The position numbers and the translations under genes are program-made. This document shows positions 40,287 to 50,823 of a stretch of DNA of 54,391 nt, piece after piece. The notes under the pieces were generated by a model, which was not told the origin of the DNA, did no database searches, and saw only the letters and a list, made by a program, of their open reading frames with translations. Positions within the stretch are counted from its first letter, which is position 1, and the number at the start of each line of letters is the position of its first letter. Location of the stretch: the sequence record SRR2962707_5052, one strand, 5' to 3'.

Positions 40287-40321
40287 TATGATTGGTTTAA
40301 ATTGTTATGTATTAAAGATAT

Positions 40322-40353
40322 AAAAAAAGCGCCTGTTTTACACAGGCGCTTTT
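40322..40353 (-). terminator. Terminator after lipase
   Basis: AAAAAAAGCGCCTGT-TTTTAC-ACAGGCGCTTTT. Confidence 0.8.
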
Positions 40354-40375
40354 GAAAACTTAGTAAGATATAATG

Positions 40376-41857
40376 TTATTTCACAAAAATAGTTGGATAT
40401 GCTCCAGGGTTTAAAGCTGGAATAGTAGCATTGTATTTTTCGTTAATAGCATTTATAATTTGATTTGCAATTACTGCATAACCTCTTTGTGTTGGGTGCA
40501 CACCATCAAGAGAGAAAGCGCCACCAGTAGCAAAGGTGTTAGTAATGTTTCCACCATCAAATGAAATTCCACCATTTGCCAATTGATTCATCAATGCTTC
40601 TACATCTACAAAAGCTAAATCGTATTGAGTAGCTAGCGCTTCAATAGTTGTATTGTAGGCTGTTTGTGCATTTGTTACCATTTCAATTTCTGTAGCAGTT
40701 AAAGCTTGACCGTCGGTTAGAGGGACAGCAACGCCAATAATTGATTGAGGATTATTTGGGTCTGCCAATGTGCCTAAAATAGAGGAGGTTGTTAGCGGAA
40801 GTAAATCTTCAGCCGTAGCTTGTCTCATATTTGTAAGTCCTGGGTTTATGCCTGTTAAATCTGTTAAATCTTCATCTAATATTACAACTGCATTTTGTCC
40901 AGCGCTAAACTGTATTGTACGTTGCGCTACTTCTTCGGCAGTTATTAAACCGAAAGATTGCGCTTGTAGTAATCCGCCATTATATTGCGCATATGCTTGG
41001 TTTACAACACCTGCAGTTTGTGCGTCTAATGGAATTGCATTGTAAGGTACCGTAGTAAAATATGGTATAGTTGTAACATTTGGAATGTTTGCTACCACCC
41101 CTTTAGCGCCTCCGTTTGTAAGGGCTGTAAGTAAATCGTTATATACTTTAGCAAATACATTTGGGTCTGTAATATCATTCTCTCCATAGGTAGTAGGATC
41201 TAAATTTCCAGATTGGTCTACTCCAATTCCACCGCTTGTTGCATAACTTAATATGTCGTTATTTCCTATCCAAAGTGAAAAGAAAGTTGGATTTTGAGAA
41301 GCAGCATCTTCTATAATAGAAGCATCTGTAGTGCTTGCCATTCTTACAAAATATGGATTTGCTGCGCCTAGTTCAAGATTAGCAATATTTCCGTAACCGT
41401 TGGCAACTAAATGAAAAATTTTAGAACCAGGAACTCCCATATTGTTAAAAGGACCTTCTAGTACATTTGAAATATCTGTAGTTGGGGTTCCGTCTAAGAT
41501 TTCTGGTGTCTGACTTCCGTCTGTTCCAAGTACTATAACACGACGGTTATCCGTTATTTGATTTCCATTTGCTAATAATCCTCCAAAGTTATCGTTTACT
41601 AATGGTTGTGTAAAATCTCCTCCACCAACATGCTTAAATTGTATAGCTAGCATGCTTGGAAAAGAGTTTTGTTGTCCGTTTAGATACAATGCACCATCTG
41701 CATACCCGGCAGTAAGAGAGTTTCCAACAGCAACAAAGTTTGAAAAGTCGGCATCACCGCTTGAGTAAAAACCTTGTTCGTCTACTGGATCGTTAAATTC
41801 AGGCTGACAAGAAGTCAATGCAATAGCTGCAATTGATATATATAGTAGTTTTTTCAT
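40376..41857 (-). CDS. SGNH/GDSL-like lipolytic lipoprotein
   Basis: Lipobox LTSC from ATG 41857; VAVGNSLTAG, NNMGVPG, WIGNND, FSLDGVHP. Confidence 0.85.
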   Translation of the reverse strand: MKKLLYISIAAIALTSCQPEFNDPVDEQGFYSSGDADFSNFVAVGNSLTAGYADGALYLNGQQNSFPSMLAIQFKHVGGGDFTQPLVNDNFGGLLANGNQITDNRRVIVLGTDGSQTPEILDGTPTTDISNVLEGPFNNMGVPGSKIFHLVANGYGNIANLELGAANPYFVRMASTTDASIIEDAASQNPTFFSLWIGNNDILSYATSGGIGVDQSGNLDPTTYGENDITDPNVFAKVYNDLLTALTNGGAKGVVANIPNVTTIPYFTTVPYNAIPLDAQTAGVVNQAYAQYNGGLLQAQSFGLITAEEVAQRTIQFSAGQNAVVILDEDLTDLTGINPGLTNMRQATAEDLLPLTTSSILGTLADPNNPQSIIGVAVPLTDGQALTATEIEMVTNAQTAYNTTIEALATQYDLAFVDVEALMNQLANGGISFDGGNITNTFATGGAFSLDGVHPTQRGYAVIANQIINAINEKYNATIPALNPGAYPTIFVK

Positions 41858-41878
41858 TTTCTTAATAATTAGCATTTG

Positions 41879-43123
41879 TTAAAATCCGTAAGTGATTCCT
41901 AAGCCTGGAACAAAAGCATTGTTCTTATAAGTCCCTCCAAATGGCACATTTTGACCATTTTCTTGATAATAATCGTAAGACTCGTCCACTTCATCAAAGT
42001 GGATGTATAAAAAGGATGCATCCAAAGCAAAACGATTGCTTAATTGGAAAGTGAATCCTCCAGTAAAGTTATTAGAATCGTTTCTTGGTGTTTCTGGAGC
42101 AAAATATCCAGACTGCACAGGAGATTCATCAAAATAATATCCACCTCTTAAAGTAAAACGATTGGTGGCTTTGTATTGCAGTCCAAATCTATAAGTGGAT
42201 GCGTTTTTATAATTACGAGGATTTAAAGATTCTTGTCCATTACTAAAAATAACATCTAATGCTTCGTAAGCACTCCAGTAAGCTCGGTTGTAATCAAAAG
42301 CAACCAACCATTTGTCGTTAATAGCATAAGAAGCTCCAACGGTTAATTCTGCAGGTAAAGGTAAGGAGGCGTTAAAAGTTACCCCTTCATATAATGGAGC
42401 TACTCCAGATGGGACGTTTTGGAAATCTGCTTCACCATTTTTAGCATCCATTTGTATTTCGGAGCGGTAATTAATACCTAAAGTAAATTCTTCGGTAGGT
42501 CTAACCATTAAACCAAGGTTATATCCCCAAGCACCAATTCCGCTTTTGTCAATAGTAACATTGGCTCTTTCTCCTTCTGTATTTGTGGTGGTACGGTCAA
42601 TATTTCTATTGAAGTTAACAGCTCCAGTAGCATAAATAGGTCCCCCTCCTATACTAATTTTATCATTTATTTTAATAGAAAGTGTAGGCTGAATAAAAAT
42701 AGCTTGTAAGCTAATGTCGTTTATTAAATGAGAGCCTTCCCAGTTGGTAGGGTATTCAACACCACTACCATATGGAGTGTAGATTCCTAATCCTACACTA
42801 GCCCAATCGTTAATTTTATAAGCGGCATATACATTAAATGGAGTAGAAACAGGGTTGTTTGCTTCAGTATACCATCCATATTGTTCGTTTTGAAAACTGA
42901 TATTTGCGAAAACGGCATTTGCGCCTCCACTCACAGTAAATTTTTCGTTTAAGAAAGTAAGACCAGCTGGGTTGAAGAAGACAAGTTCCGAAGAGTTGAT
43001 AACAGCTACTCCAGTATGCCCCATGGCAAGTTGCTTTTGTCCTTGCAAAGAAATTCGATATCCTCCAGCATAAGTCAAGGCACTAGTAAGCAATACCATC
43101 GCCAAAAGCGTAAGTTTTTTCAT
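41879..43123 (-). CDS. OmpP1/FadL outer-membrane transporter
   Basis: AMGHTGVA, FFNPAG, YTPYGS, LRGGYYFDESP; beta-barrel ending in F. Confidence 0.88.
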   Translation of the reverse strand: MKKLTLLAMVLLTSALTYAGGYRISLQGQKQLAMGHTGVAVINSSELVFFNPAGLTFLNEKFTVSGGANAVFANISFQNEQYGWYTEANNPVSTPFNVYAAYKINDWASVGLGIYTPYGSGVEYPTNWEGSHLINDISLQAIFIQPTLSIKINDKISIGGGPIYATGAVNFNRNIDRTTTNTEGERANVTIDKSGIGAWGYNLGLMVRPTEEFTLGINYRSEIQMDAKNGEADFQNVPSGVAPLYEGVTFNASLPLPAELTVGASYAINDKWLVAFDYNRAYWSAYEALDVIFSNGQESLNPRNYKNASTYRFGLQYKATNRFTLRGGYYFDESPVQSGYFAPETPRNDSNNFTGGFTFQLSNRFALDASFLYIHFDEVDESYDYYQENGQNVPFGGTYKNNAFVPGLGITYGF

Positions 43124-43232
43124 GAATTTGTTAATTTAGAATTTTGAATATTAGCTATTCAAAATTAATATAAAATTATTCATCTGCAATTTTGAGGCAG
43201 CTGATATTTAAAAATCATTAAAAAATTAACAT

Positions 43233-44003
43233 TTATGAGTTAAGGAATGTTAGTGATTTTTCAAAAAATTGTTTTGGATTTTCTGCATGAAGCCAATGAC
43301 CTGCATTGTCAATAATTTCTACAGAAGCTGTAGGAAAATGAGATTTTATAAGCTCTGTATCGTTTGGAGATATGTACTCAGATTTTGATCCTCTTAAAAA
43401 AAGTGTTTTTCCTTGAAACGTTTTTTGAGAAGGAAGGGCTTCTCCAATTTCTTCTTGAGATTCCGCTAAAACATCCAAATTAAATCTATATCCTAAAGTT
43501 TCTTTTGTTTTCCAATATAAATTCTTTAATAAAAATTGGCGCGTACCCCAGTCGGTAATATAACTGGATAGTTCTTCGTCGGCTTCGGTGCGGGAAGAAA
43601 TTTTGGTAAAATCTAAAGCTTTTAATCCTTTAATAATATCTTGATGATGTGGTGGATAATATTTTGGAGCTATATCTGCAATTAATAATCTTTTTATAGC
43701 CTCAGGATTTGTAACCGCAAGGAGCATGGCTACTTTGCCTCCCATGGAATGACCAATTATGTTAATGTGTTCTAAATCATTTAAATCAAGATAATTTAAA
43801 ACATCTTCTACCATGATTTCATAGGAGAAATCTTCAGAATGAAAACTTTTTCCATGGTTTCTGAGGTCTAGTAAATGTGCTTCAAATCCTTCATCTGCAT
43901 ATTTAGTGCCAAGGGTTTTCCAGTTGTCGGACATTCCTAAGAAACCATGTAAGATGATTAATGGTTTACCCTTTCCTATAACTTTAGATTTAAGAATTTG
44001 CAT
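43233..44003 (-). CDS. Alpha/beta-hydrolase (YbfF/ABHD11-like esterase)
   Basis: LHGFLGMSDNW, DLRNHG, GHSMGGK, AGHWLHAENP. Confidence 0.9.
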   Translation of the reverse strand: MQILKSKVIGKGKPLIILHGFLGMSDNWKTLGTKYADEGFEAHLLDLRNHGKSFHSEDFSYEIMVEDVLNYLDLNDLEHINIIGHSMGGKVAMLLAVTNPEAIKRLLIADIAPKYYPPHHQDIIKGLKALDFTKISSRTEADEELSSYITDWGTRQFLLKNLYWKTKETLGYRFNLDVLAESQEEIGEALPSQKTFQGKTLFLRGSKSEYISPNDTELIKSHFPTASVEIIDNAGHWLHAENPKQFFEKSLTFLNS

Positions 44004-44086
44004 GATTTAAAGAAGTTTTAAAAATTATTGGATTCAAAGATTAATAAGTGTCATTTTTTCAATGAGACATTTAGCTGTCTAAAAAA

Positions 44087-44800
44087 TTATTTTAGTTTTT
44101 GCAAATACATTTGTACTACATTTTCGAGGCCTAAATAAAGAGATTCTGCAATAAGCGCATGTCCAATAGAAACTTCTAATAAATTTGGTATGTTTTGCTT
44201 AAAATAAGCAGTGTTCTCAAGGTTTAAATCATGACCAGCATTGATGCCTAAGTCAACTTTATTGGCAACCAAAGCAGCTTCAATGTATGGTTTGATGCCG
44301 TCTTTGTTTCCTTTTTCAAATTCACTAGCGTAGGCTTCCGTATAAAGCTCAATTCTGTCGGTTCCTGTTTCAGCAGCACCTTCAATCATTTTAGAAATAG
44401 GGTCTACAAAAATAGAGGTTCTAATGTTGTTCGCTTTAAATTCAGCAATAACATCAACTAAAAAATCTTTGTGTTTAATAGTGTCCCAACCAGCATTAGA
44501 AGTAATAGCATCCTCTGCATCTGGAACCAAAGTTACTTGCGTAGGTTTTACTTTTAATACTAAATCCATAAAACTTTTTATAGGATTTCCCTCTATATTA
44601 TATTCGGTATGTACTACACTTGGTAAGTCCCTTGCGTCTTGATAGCGAATGTGTCGCTCATCTGGTCTTGGGTGAATAGTAATACCTTCTGCACCAAAAT
44701 CTTGAATGTCTTTAGCAACTTGTAAAAGATTGGGAACATTGCCGCCTCTAGAATTTCTAAGGGTTGCAATTTTATTTATGTTAACGCTTAACTTTGTCAT
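44087..44800 (-). CDS. pdxJ: Pyridoxine 5'-phosphate synthase
   Basis: LSVNINKIATLRNSRG, GITIHPRPDERHI, IELYT, NAGHDL, EVSIGHALI. Confidence 0.97.
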   Translation of the reverse strand: MTKLSVNINKIATLRNSRGGNVPNLLQVAKDIQDFGAEGITIHPRPDERHIRYQDARDLPSVVHTEYNIEGNPIKSFMDLVLKVKPTQVTLVPDAEDAITSNAGWDTIKHKDFLVDVIAEFKANNIRTSIFVDPISKMIEGAAETGTDRIELYTEAYASEFEKGNKDGIKPYIEAALVANKVDLGINAGHDLNLENTAYFKQNIPNLLEVSIGHALIAESLYLGLENVVQMYLQKLK

Positions 44801-44990
44801 GAAAATAAAATCATATTAATTGACTACAAAAATACAAAGTAGACCCCCGCATACCAAGCTCAAAAAGCATTAAAATTAATGAATCCTGTAATATTGATAG
44901 CAGGATAGTGTTATTTCATTTTTACTTAGTAGTTAAAGCCTGCCTTTTTGTGGTAGAAATTGATTAATTTGCCAAAGAAATAATTGTGTT

Positions 44991-45647
44991 ATGAACATAC
45001 ATTCTTATATAAATAATGATATCCTTCCATTATTGCCTAACTATCCGGTAAAAATGGTTAGAGGAATGTTTTCTGATTGTACCAATACACATATTTCCGT
45101 AGTTGAAGATAATAGGCTGCTCGGAAATATTTCTGAAGACGATGTTCAGGGTTTTGATCCTGAAAAAAAAGTGAGCGATTATCTGTATGCTTTAGACTTA
45201 TTTTATGTGCAAAAGCATACCAATTGGTTGGATGTGTTGGAGGCATTTGCAAAATATAACGCTAATGTATTGCCTGTTTTAGATGAAAACAATATTTACA
45301 TTGGTTATTATGAGCTTATTGATATTATGAATTTGTTTAAAGAAACTCCTTTTTTAAATGAACCTGGAGGAATTCTTATTATTGAAAAAGGAAATATAGA
45401 TTATTCTTTTAGTGAAATTTCTCAGATTGTAGAAAGCAACGATGGAAAATTACTTGGTGCTTTTATTTCTGATGAAGAAGGAGATGTAACGCAGATAACT
45501 TTAAAGCTCGGAACTTCTGGTCTAAATAATATTATTCAGGCTTTTAGAAGGTATAGTTATAATATTATAGCTGGGAATGAAGAAGATTCTTATATTGAAG
45601 CCCTAAAAGATAGATCTAATTACTTAGATAAATTTCTAAAAATATAA
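44991..45647 (+). CDS. CBS-domain (AcuB-like) protein
   Basis: Paired CBS-like segments (LGNISEDD, VLPVLDENNIYIG) plus ACT-like C-terminus; usual position upstream of nadK. Confidence 0.75.
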   Translation: MNIHSYINNDILPLLPNYPVKMVRGMFSDCTNTHISVVEDNRLLGNISEDDVQGFDPEKKVSDYLYALDLFYVQKHTNWLDVLEAFAKYNANVLPVLDENNIYIGYYELIDIMNLFKETPFLNEPGGILIIEKGNIDYSFSEISQIVESNDGKLLGAFISDEEGDVTQITLKLGTSGLNNIIQAFRRYSYNIIAGNEEDSYIEALKDRSNYLDKFLKI

Positions 45648-45726
45648 CTTTGACGCCGACTTAAAATGTGCGCGAGTTCTATAAGTCGATAAAGAATTAT
45701 TATATTTCAGCAATAAAAAATAGCTA

Positions 45727-46611
45727 ATGAAAGTAGGTATTTACGGTCAGTATTACAAAGAAGATTCTGAAGAATACATTCTTAAACTTTTAGAAGTATT
45801 ACAACGCAATAAAGCCGAGGTGTATTTGGAAAGTGAGTATTTAATGCAAATAAAAGAACCACTTGGTATTACCGAAGCCTACAAAACGTTTTCTTCTTTT
45901 AACGATTTAGATAATTCCTTCGATATTTTTTTAAGTGTTGGTGGAGATGGAACCATGCTCCGTACGGTTCTTTTTGTACGGGATCTTGATATTCCAATTT
46001 TAGGAATTAATACAGGGAGATTAGGTTTTTTGGCAACCGTGCAAAAAGAAAATATAGAAGCAGCAATAGAGGAGGTGCTTAAAAATAGATTTGAGGTTAA
46101 AAAAAGAGCTTTACTTCAAGTAAGTGCAGAAACTCCAATGGAAGATCAAACAGAAGTAAATTTTGCGCTAAACGAAATTACCGTCAGCAGAAAAAATACA
46201 ACTTCTATGATTACTATTGCAACTTGGTTGGATGGAGAATATTTAACTTCTTATTGGGCAGACGGACTCATAGTGGCAACGCCAACAGGGTCAACTGGTT
46301 ATTCTTTGAGTTGTAACGGTCCTGTAATTGCGCCAAGTACCGATGCGCTAGCTTTAACGCCTATTGCGCCGCATAATTTAAACGCACGCCCATTGGTAAT
46401 TCCTGATAAAACAAAAATCCGCTTGAAAGTTTCTGGACGAGAAGATACCTTCTTAGTTTCTTTAGATTCTAGAATAGCAACATTAAATAACGAAACAGAA
46501 ATTTTTATTGAAAGAGCCCCTTTTACTATAAAATTGGTAGACCTTAAAGAAGAGAGTTTTCTTAAAACCCTCCGAAATAAGCTTTTATGGGGAGAAGATA
46601 GACGTAATTAA
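45727..46611 (+). CDS. nadK: NAD kinase
   Basis: GGDGT, GINTGRLGFL, ALNE, DGLIVATPTGSTGYSLS, PIAPH. Confidence 0.97.
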   Translation: MKVGIYGQYYKEDSEEYILKLLEVLQRNKAEVYLESEYLMQIKEPLGITEAYKTFSSFNDLDNSFDIFLSVGGDGTMLRTVLFVRDLDIPILGINTGRLGFLATVQKENIEAAIEEVLKNRFEVKKRALLQVSAETPMEDQTEVNFALNEITVSRKNTTSMITIATWLDGEYLTSYWADGLIVATPTGSTGYSLSCNGPVIAPSTDALALTPIAPHNLNARPLVIPDKTKIRLKVSGREDTFLVSLDSRIATLNNETEIFIERAPFTIKLVDLKEESFLKTLRNKLLWGEDRRN

Positions 46612-46721
46612 TCCCAATGAAGGCAATAATTTTTCACAAATTTTGTTTTACAAGCACATTCATTTAAATGATATTACTCATAAAATATCATAATGTATAT
46701 ATTTGCAAACTTTGAAAAGGT

Positions 46722-47414
46722 ATGAATTTTAGAATCTTAGCTATTGCGCTTATGTTAACCACAACAATATCTTATGCTCAGATGTTTGAGGCTGGGGTAT
46801 TTGCAGGTGGAAGTAATTACATTGGAGATGTAGGGTCTTCTTGGTACATAAAACCTAATAGCTTTGCAGCTGGAGGCGTGTTTAAGTGGAATATAAGCAA
46901 GCGCTACGCATATAGAGCTTCTTTTACATTTTCTACACTGCATGCTGCAGATAGAGATTCTGATAATTCTGCTAGAAAAGAACGCGATTATAGTTTTTCT
47001 AATGGAATTGTAGAAGGTTCACTAGGGATGGAATTTAATTTTTTAGAATTCGATCAAAGTGATTTCGAAAGACCCATTACTCCTTATTTATATGGAGGAG
47101 TTTCAGTTTTTTTGCATGATGAGTTATATTATACAACCAATAATGCTCAAGTATCTGGAAATAAAACTACATTTGCAATCCCTATGGCAATAGGAGTTAA
47201 GGGTAAAATAAGCTCGCGTTTCATTCTCGCAGCAGAGATTGGAGCACGTTATACTTTTACCGATAATTTAGATGGAAGTAATCCTAACACACTTCTGCCT
47301 AATAATAACAATTTGAAGTTTGGAAATATCTTTAGCGATGACTGGTATGTTTTCTCTGGGTTAACATTAACCTATACATTTGGAGAACGACCGTGTTATA
47401 GCTGTTTTGATTGA
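46722..47414 (+). CDS. porG: PorG/DUF6089-like outer-membrane beta-barrel
   Basis: Signal peptide; GGSNYIGD, EIGARYTFTDNLDG, DDWYVFSG, C-terminal PCYSC; located between nadK and uppS; -7 TATATTTG at 46698-46705. Confidence 0.7.
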   Translation: MNFRILAIALMLTTTISYAQMFEAGVFAGGSNYIGDVGSSWYIKPNSFAAGGVFKWNISKRYAYRASFTFSTLHAADRDSDNSARKERDYSFSNGIVEGSLGMEFNFLEFDQSDFERPITPYLYGGVSVFLHDELYYTTNNAQVSGNKTTFAIPMAIGVKGKISSRFILAAEIGARYTFTDNLDGSNPNTLLPNNNNLKFGNIFSDDWYVFSGLTLTYTFGERPCYSCFD

Positions 47415-47420
47415 TGAGTA

Positions 47421-48158
47421 ATGAATGAAGAGTTAATTAATAAGGAAAATCTACCTAAGCACATAGCTATTATCATGGATGGTAATGGACGTTGGGCTAA
47501 ACAGAAAGGAAAACTTAGAGTTTTTGGTCATGAAAATGGAGCCAAAGCTGTAAAAGAAGTGGTAGAAGGTTGTGCGCGTTTAGGTGTTCAAAACTTAACG
47601 TTGTACGCTTTTTCTACGGAAAATTGGAACCGTCCAAAGTTGGAGGTAGATACCCTTATGAAACTTTTAGTCTCTTCTCTTAAAAAAGAACTTCAAACGC
47701 TTCACGAAAAAAATATCAAGCTTAAAGCTATCGGAACCATAGAAACACTTCCTCAAAAAGTACGCGAAGAACTTTTGGAAGTAATGGAGAGAACCAAAGA
47801 TAATACACATATGACACTTACTTTGGCATTGAGTTATGGGGCTCGAGAAGAATTAAAAAATGCTGTAGTACAGCTATGTACGAAAGTTAAAAATAATATA
47901 ATTTCTATAGATTCTATTGACGAATCAATAATTAATAATCATCTTTACACGCAAGATTTGCCCGATGTAGACCTACTTATAAGAACAAGTGGAGAACATA
48001 GAATAAGTAATTTCTTACTTTGGCAGATTGCATATGCTGAGTTGTATTTTACGAAAACACTTTGGCCAGATTTTACCAAAGAGCACTTGTGGGAAGCAAT
48101 AATAAATTATCAAAACAGAGAACGTAGATTTGGAAAGACAAGCGAACAACTTAACTAA
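47421..48158 (+). CDS. uppS: Isoprenyl transferase (undecaprenyl diphosphate synthase)
   Basis: HIAIIMDGNGRWA, YAFSTENWNRP, IRTSGEHRISNFLLWQ, RERRFG. Confidence 0.97.
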   Translation: MNEELINKENLPKHIAIIMDGNGRWAKQKGKLRVFGHENGAKAVKEVVEGCARLGVQNLTLYAFSTENWNRPKLEVDTLMKLLVSSLKKELQTLHEKNIKLKAIGTIETLPQKVREELLEVMERTKDNTHMTLTLALSYGAREELKNAVVQLCTKVKNNIISIDSIDESIINNHLYTQDLPDVDLLIRTSGEHRISNFLLWQIAYAELYFTKTLWPDFTKEHLWEAIINYQNRERRFGKTSEQLN

Positions 48159-50706
48159 AAATATCATGTCTAAACGATATTTGGGTGTATTTATTTTACT
48201 ATTACTATCCTTCACTAATTATTTAAATGCGCAAGAAACTTCTTTCGATAAAGGTAAGAAATATATTCTTGGTGGTATTGAGGTAACTGGTGTAAAAGGT
48301 TATAATGAGCAAACAGTTATAACATATACCGGTTTGAGAACTGGTCAAGAAATTACCGTTCCTGGAGAACAAATAAGTGAAGTTATTAGTAAACTATGGG
48401 GTTTAAACCTTTTTAGTGATATTAATGTTTACAAAACTAAAATTGAAGGAAATAAAATTTTCCTCGAACTTAATGTAACCGAACTTCCAACACTTTCTGA
48501 TGTTAAAATAACAGGAATAAAAAAGAAAAAAATTGACGACATTGAAAAGGATGCCGATCTTAAAAAAGGGAAAAAGGTTACTGAGAGTTATATTTCAAAT
48601 ACAAGAAACTACCTAGTAAATAAATATAAAAAAGAAGGATATTTAAATACAAAAGTAAATATCAACACTATTCCAGATACCTCTGAGGTGAATGCTGTTA
48701 AAATGGTAGTAGGAATAGATAAAGGTGAAAAAGTTAAGATTAAAGACATTTCCTTTAATGGAAATGAAAAACTAAGCGAAAAGAAACTTAGATCTGCAAT
48801 GAAAAACACCAAAGAAAAAATGGTGTTGCGTTTTTGGAAGAAATCAAAGTTTATTCCAGAAGATTTTGATGCAGATTTAGTGTCTATTGTAGATGCCTAT
48901 AAAGAGAAAGGGTATAGAGATGCACGTATCACTAGAGATTCTATTCTTTATAATGATGATAGTACTATTGATATCCAGATTGATTTAGAAGAAGGAGATA
49001 AGTACTACTTTGGAGAAATTGATTTTGTTGGAAATGCTGCTTATACCGACGAGCAATTAAGTCGTGTTTTAGGATTAAAAAAGGGAGATGTATATAATGG
49101 AGTCTTATTTGATAAGCGTATTGCAGACCAAACAAAACCAGATGGACAAGATATTACCAACTTATATCAAAATAATGGATATTTATTTTCGCAGATAAAT
49201 CCTGTTGAGGTTTCTGCCAAAAATGATACCATAGATTTTGAAGTAAGAATTATTGAAGGGAAATTAGCTTATTTTGAAAATGTAACGGTTACTGGGAACG
49301 ATAAAACAAACGACCACGTAATTTATAGAGAGCTAAGAACTAAACCTGGTCAGTTATATTCTAAAGATAATGTGGTAAGAACTATTAGAGAGCTAGGGCA
49401 ACTTGGTTATTTTGATCCTGAAAGTATAGCTCCAGAAATTTTAGACCCAAATCCACAAAACGGAACAGTAGGAATTAATTATGCGGTAGCAGAAAAAGGA
49501 TCTAGTCAAATTGAACTCCAAGGTGGTTACGGTGGAGGAGGTTTTATAGGAACTTTAGGGCTTTCTTTTAATAACTTTTCCATAAGAAATATCTTTAATA
49601 AAGAAGCGTATAAGCCAGTTCCAATGGGAGACGGACAAAGACTGTCGTTGCGTTTGCAAGCAAGTAGATTTTTCCAAACATATAGCTTCTCTTTTGTGGA
49701 GCCATGGATGGGAGGAAAAAAACCTGTACAGTTTTCTACTTCTATAAACCGTACGCTACAGTTTAGATACAATCCTAGAACAGGAGATGCCGATAAAGAT
49801 CAGCGTTTTGTAATTACAGGAGCAACGGTAGGTTTGGCAAAACGTTTAAATTGGCCAGATAACTACTTCCAGTTATCTCATGCTTTGAGTTTTCAGCATT
49901 ACGATCTTCAAAATTATCAAACTTCGTTGTTTAATTTCCCTAACGGATATTCTAATAACTTAGCCTATACCATAGCATTGTCTAGAAACAATACTTCGGT
50001 AAACCCAATTTTCCCAATGGCAGGTTCTGAGTTTAGTATCAGTTTAAAATTAACAGCACCATATTCATTATTTAATAATATAGATTATGCAAACCTAGGA
50101 GATGATCCAGATTATCAAACTGTAGGGCCTAACAACGAAATTATTCCTGATGCAGAAAAAATAGATCAAGAAAAATATAAATGGTTAGAGTTCTATAAAG
50201 TAAAATTCAGCGGAAACTGGTATACTAATTTATTTGCTAAATTGGTAATGAAAACAGGAATGGAGTTTGGATTCTTAGGAGCTTATAATCAAGATAGAGG
50301 GGTAATTCCATTTGAGCGTTTCTTCCTTGGGGGAGACGGATTAGGAAATTATACTTTAGATGGTAGAGAGAATATACAATTAAGAGGGTATCCAAACCAG
50401 TCGCTTTCTGGAAATGATGGATCTACGGTTTATAATAAATTCTCATTAGAAATGCGTTATCCTATTACATTGAAACCAACTGCTTCGATATATGCATTAT
50501 CATTTTTAGAAGGAGGAGCGTCTTATGACAACTTAGAAAGTTATAATCCATTCGACCTAAAACGTTCTGCAGGACTTGGAGTACGTATATTTATGCCTGC
50601 TTTTGGATTGTTAGGAATTGACTTTGGGTATGGATTTGATCCTATCCCTGGGCAGATTGAACCTAGCGGATGGCAAACACATTTTATTATTGGACAACAA
50701 TTTTAA
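48130..50706 (+). CDS. bamA: Outer membrane protein assembly factor BamA
   Basis: POTRA repeats, barrel with LRGY, GLLGIDFGYGFD, HFIIGQQF; start TTG 48130 or ATG 48166. Confidence 0.95.
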   Translation: MERQANNLTKNIMSKRYLGVFILLLLSFTNYLNAQETSFDKGKKYILGGIEVTGVKGYNEQTVITYTGLRTGQEITVPGEQISEVISKLWGLNLFSDINVYKTKIEGNKIFLELNVTELPTLSDVKITGIKKKKIDDIEKDADLKKGKKVTESYISNTRNYLVNKYKKEGYLNTKVNINTIPDTSEVNAVKMVVGIDKGEKVKIKDISFNGNEKLSEKKLRSAMKNTKEKMVLRFWKKSKFIPEDFDADLVSIVDAYKEKGYRDARITRDSILYNDDSTIDIQIDLEEGDKYYFGEIDFVGNAAYTDEQLSRVLGLKKGDVYNGVLFDKRIADQTKPDGQDITNLYQNNGYLFSQINPVEVSAKNDTIDFEVRIIEGKLAYFENVTVTGNDKTNDHVIYRELRTKPGQLYSKDNVVRTIRELGQLGYFDPESIAPEILDPNPQNGTVGINYAVAEKGSSQIELQGGYGGGGFIGTLGLSFNNFSIRNIFNKEAYKPVPMGDGQRLSLRLQASRFFQTYSFSFVEPWMGGKKPVQFSTSINRTLQFRYNPRTGDADKDQRFVITGATVGLAKRLNWPDNYFQLSHALSFQHYDLQNYQTSLFNFPNGYSNNLAYTIALSRNNTSVNPIFPMAGSEFSISLKLTAPYSLFNNIDYANLGDDPDYQTVGPNNEIIPDAEKIDQEKYKWLEFYKVKFSGNWYTNLFAKLVMKTGMEFGFLGAYNQDRGVIPFERFFLGGDGLGNYTLDGRENIQLRGYPNQSLSGNDGSTVYNKFSLEMRYPITLKPTASIYALSFLEGGASYDNLESYNPFDLKRSAGLGVRIFMPAFGLLGIDFGYGFDPIPGQIEPSGWQTHFIIGQQF

Positions 50707-50710
50707 TTTG

Positions 50711-50726
50711 TGGCACGATATTTTCT
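50711..50726 (+). promoter_or_regulatory. Sigma54-like -24/-12 element upstream of skp genes
   Basis: TGGCACG-ATAT-TTTCT vs consensus TGGCACG-N4-TTGCW (one mismatch, at -13). Confidence 0.4.
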
Positions 50727-50823
50727 ATATAATTTATGTTTTTATAAATATCTATTACTTAGAAAGATTGATAAGTAAGAAATTTTTGTTTTCTTCGTAT
50801 TCAGAAATTAAAAATTTAGAAGG

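Noticed and set aside
45650-45689. Hairpin CGACTTA...TAAGTCG between the CBS gene and nadK
   Set aside because: Short stem, long loop, no U-tail and no second copy seen; insufficient support
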